Source: an uncultured bacterium | Lineage (GTDB): Bacteria > Babelota > Babeliae > Babelales > Vermiphilaceae | Length of the DNA stretch: 64,000 bases | Reading direction: 5' to 3' | Assembly (NCBI GenBank): GCA_963727255.1 | Contig: CAVSFC010000002.1 | Coordinates: 224,001-288,000 of the forward strand | Shown here: positions 62,858 to 64,000 of the stretch, piece after piece | How positions within the stretch are numbered: the stretch's first letter is position 1 | Layout of the letters: the number at the start of each line of letters is the position of its first letter | The notes under the pieces: generated by a model | The model's database searches: none | The model's input: only the letters and a program-made list of their open reading frames with translations | What the model was told of the DNA's origin: nothing | Made by a program: the position numbers and the translations under genes

Positions 62858-64000
62858 TTAGAAATTTGTCTTGGTCCATTGCATCGGATCAACCTGTATA
62901 TTGTTCACGCGCATTTCCCAATGCAAATGATACCCAGTTGCATAACCGGTTTTTCCCAGAGTTCCAATTGGATTGCCCTTAGCAATCTTCTGGCCAACTT
63001 GAATATCTGCAAAATTATCAAGATGGAAAAACAGTGAAAGAATTCCCCAACCATGATCAATAACCACGGTATTGCCGGTGAACGCATAGCGCTCTTTATG
63101 CACCACAACGCCATCTTGCGGAGCCCAAACCACTGAGCGCGGGGCATTGGCAAGATCTAACCCTTTGTGCGCATATCGCCCTTTTTCTTGCGTGGTACGA
63201 ATGGTCCCAAAATCGCATGTCACGCGTGCAACATCAATTGGTGCGCAGAAAGGGCCGCGCCACAATTTCTCGTGTGGAGAATTTTTAATCAAATCATCCA
63301 CTACGTGTTCAAGTTTTGCAGAATCAAGGCCCAGTGATTTTTCTTCCGCAACTTTATCGGCGCTCACTGTTAAGGTCTGTTTTTTGAACGGGAAGAGAAC
63401 CACTTGATATTTAGTTTCCAAATTAAGCGAATTTCCAACTTTATCGATCATATCTACGCAGAGCAGATATTCATTAGGAGCCTCTTCACATGAAACAGGA
63501 ATATAGCATTCGTAAATGGCAGAATTTTTAGATTCAGGGAAGCAATCAAAGGTTTGGGAAAGGGCTTTTACTTTTGCTTCTTTAATCTCTTTATTTGCTT
63601 GGAATTGCAAATGCAATGTGCGGCCCTGAAAAACTTTATAATCAGCCTCCGATCTGACAAATGCGGCTTGCAAGGGAATATTATCAACAAAAAAGGTTCG
63701 CTCAATCGTTGCTTTATTTTTTGCAAATGAGCTATCAACTAATTCGATCTTAATCGCATGCTTGCCATTGCTAATCGTTTTAGAAGGAATAATAAACGGA
63801 TGCTCATGTTCGCGCAAACTCAAACGATACCCGGTGATCAATGGCTGCCCATCAAGCCATACATATAAATCACCTTTTTTATTACTCGAAACTTTGCAGG
63901 AAATATCGCCCGCATAAAAACCATCATCAGCGATACCATTCATGGTTATTGCCGGCAACGTATTATCAAAAAAATAGCCATAAATCTTGTAGCCGGTCCA
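62858..64000 (-). CDS. M23 family peptidase; 5' end lies beyond the window
   Basis: HKGLD, GNTVVIDHG, ATGYHLHWE; frame stays open to the window edge. Confidence 0.9.
   Translation of the reverse strand, partial: WTGYKIYGYFFDNTLPAITMNGIADDGFYAGDISCKVSSNKKGDLYVWLDGQPLITGYRLSLREHEHPFIIPSKTISNGKHAIKIELVDSSFAKNKATIERTFFVDNIPLQAAFVRSEADYKVFQGRTLHLQFQANKEIKEAKVKALSQTFDCFPESKNSAIYECYIPVSCEEAPNEYLLCVDMIDKVGNSLNLETKYQVVLFPFKKQTLTVSADKVAEEKSLGLDSAKLEHVVDDLIKNSPHEKLWRGPFCAPIDVARVTCDFGTIRTTQEKGRYAHKGLDLANAPRSVVWAPQDGVVVHKERYAFTGNTVVIDHGWGILSLFFHLDNFADIQVGQKIAKGNPIGTLGKTGYATGYHLHWEMRVNNIQVDPMQWTKTNF

Overview
AT-rich bacterial chromosome segment. Gene content points, by inference, to an intracellular parasite of protists, most like Candidatus Dependentiae/Babelota (TM6). 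It has many signal-peptide proteins with eukaryote-like domains (ankyrin, WD40, RING-H2, C2H2 zinc finger), a type II secretion gspFGHIJK block and scattered housekeeping genes (orn, tandem ddl, sod, comM/yifB, acpS, murJ, ABC-F, lolD-like, lon, atpD-atpC, HerA-like ATPase, polar amino-acid ABC transporter, M23 peptidase, tRNA-fMet). Main highlights: (1) about 14 secreted effector-like proteins have a Met immediately after the predicted signal-peptide cleavage site, whereas most envelope proteins do not; (2) a surface-fibre locus (three Cys-rich repeat proteins) flanked by a GT11-like glycosyltransferase and a methyltransferase; (3) at least 9 GC-rich palindromic elements, one in frame in the GspI prepilin leader and one flanked by a 19-bp duplication of the atpC start; (4) a structured ncRNA candidate bounded by a promoter and terminator at ~61.35-61.51 kb; (5) a two-domain Ddl with Tyr vs Phe at the specificity position. 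Several conserved genes (ddl, comM, lon, atpD, herA, one ankyrin gene) carry indels that most likely are assembly errors. No CRISPR array, rRNA, integrase or transposase was seen.
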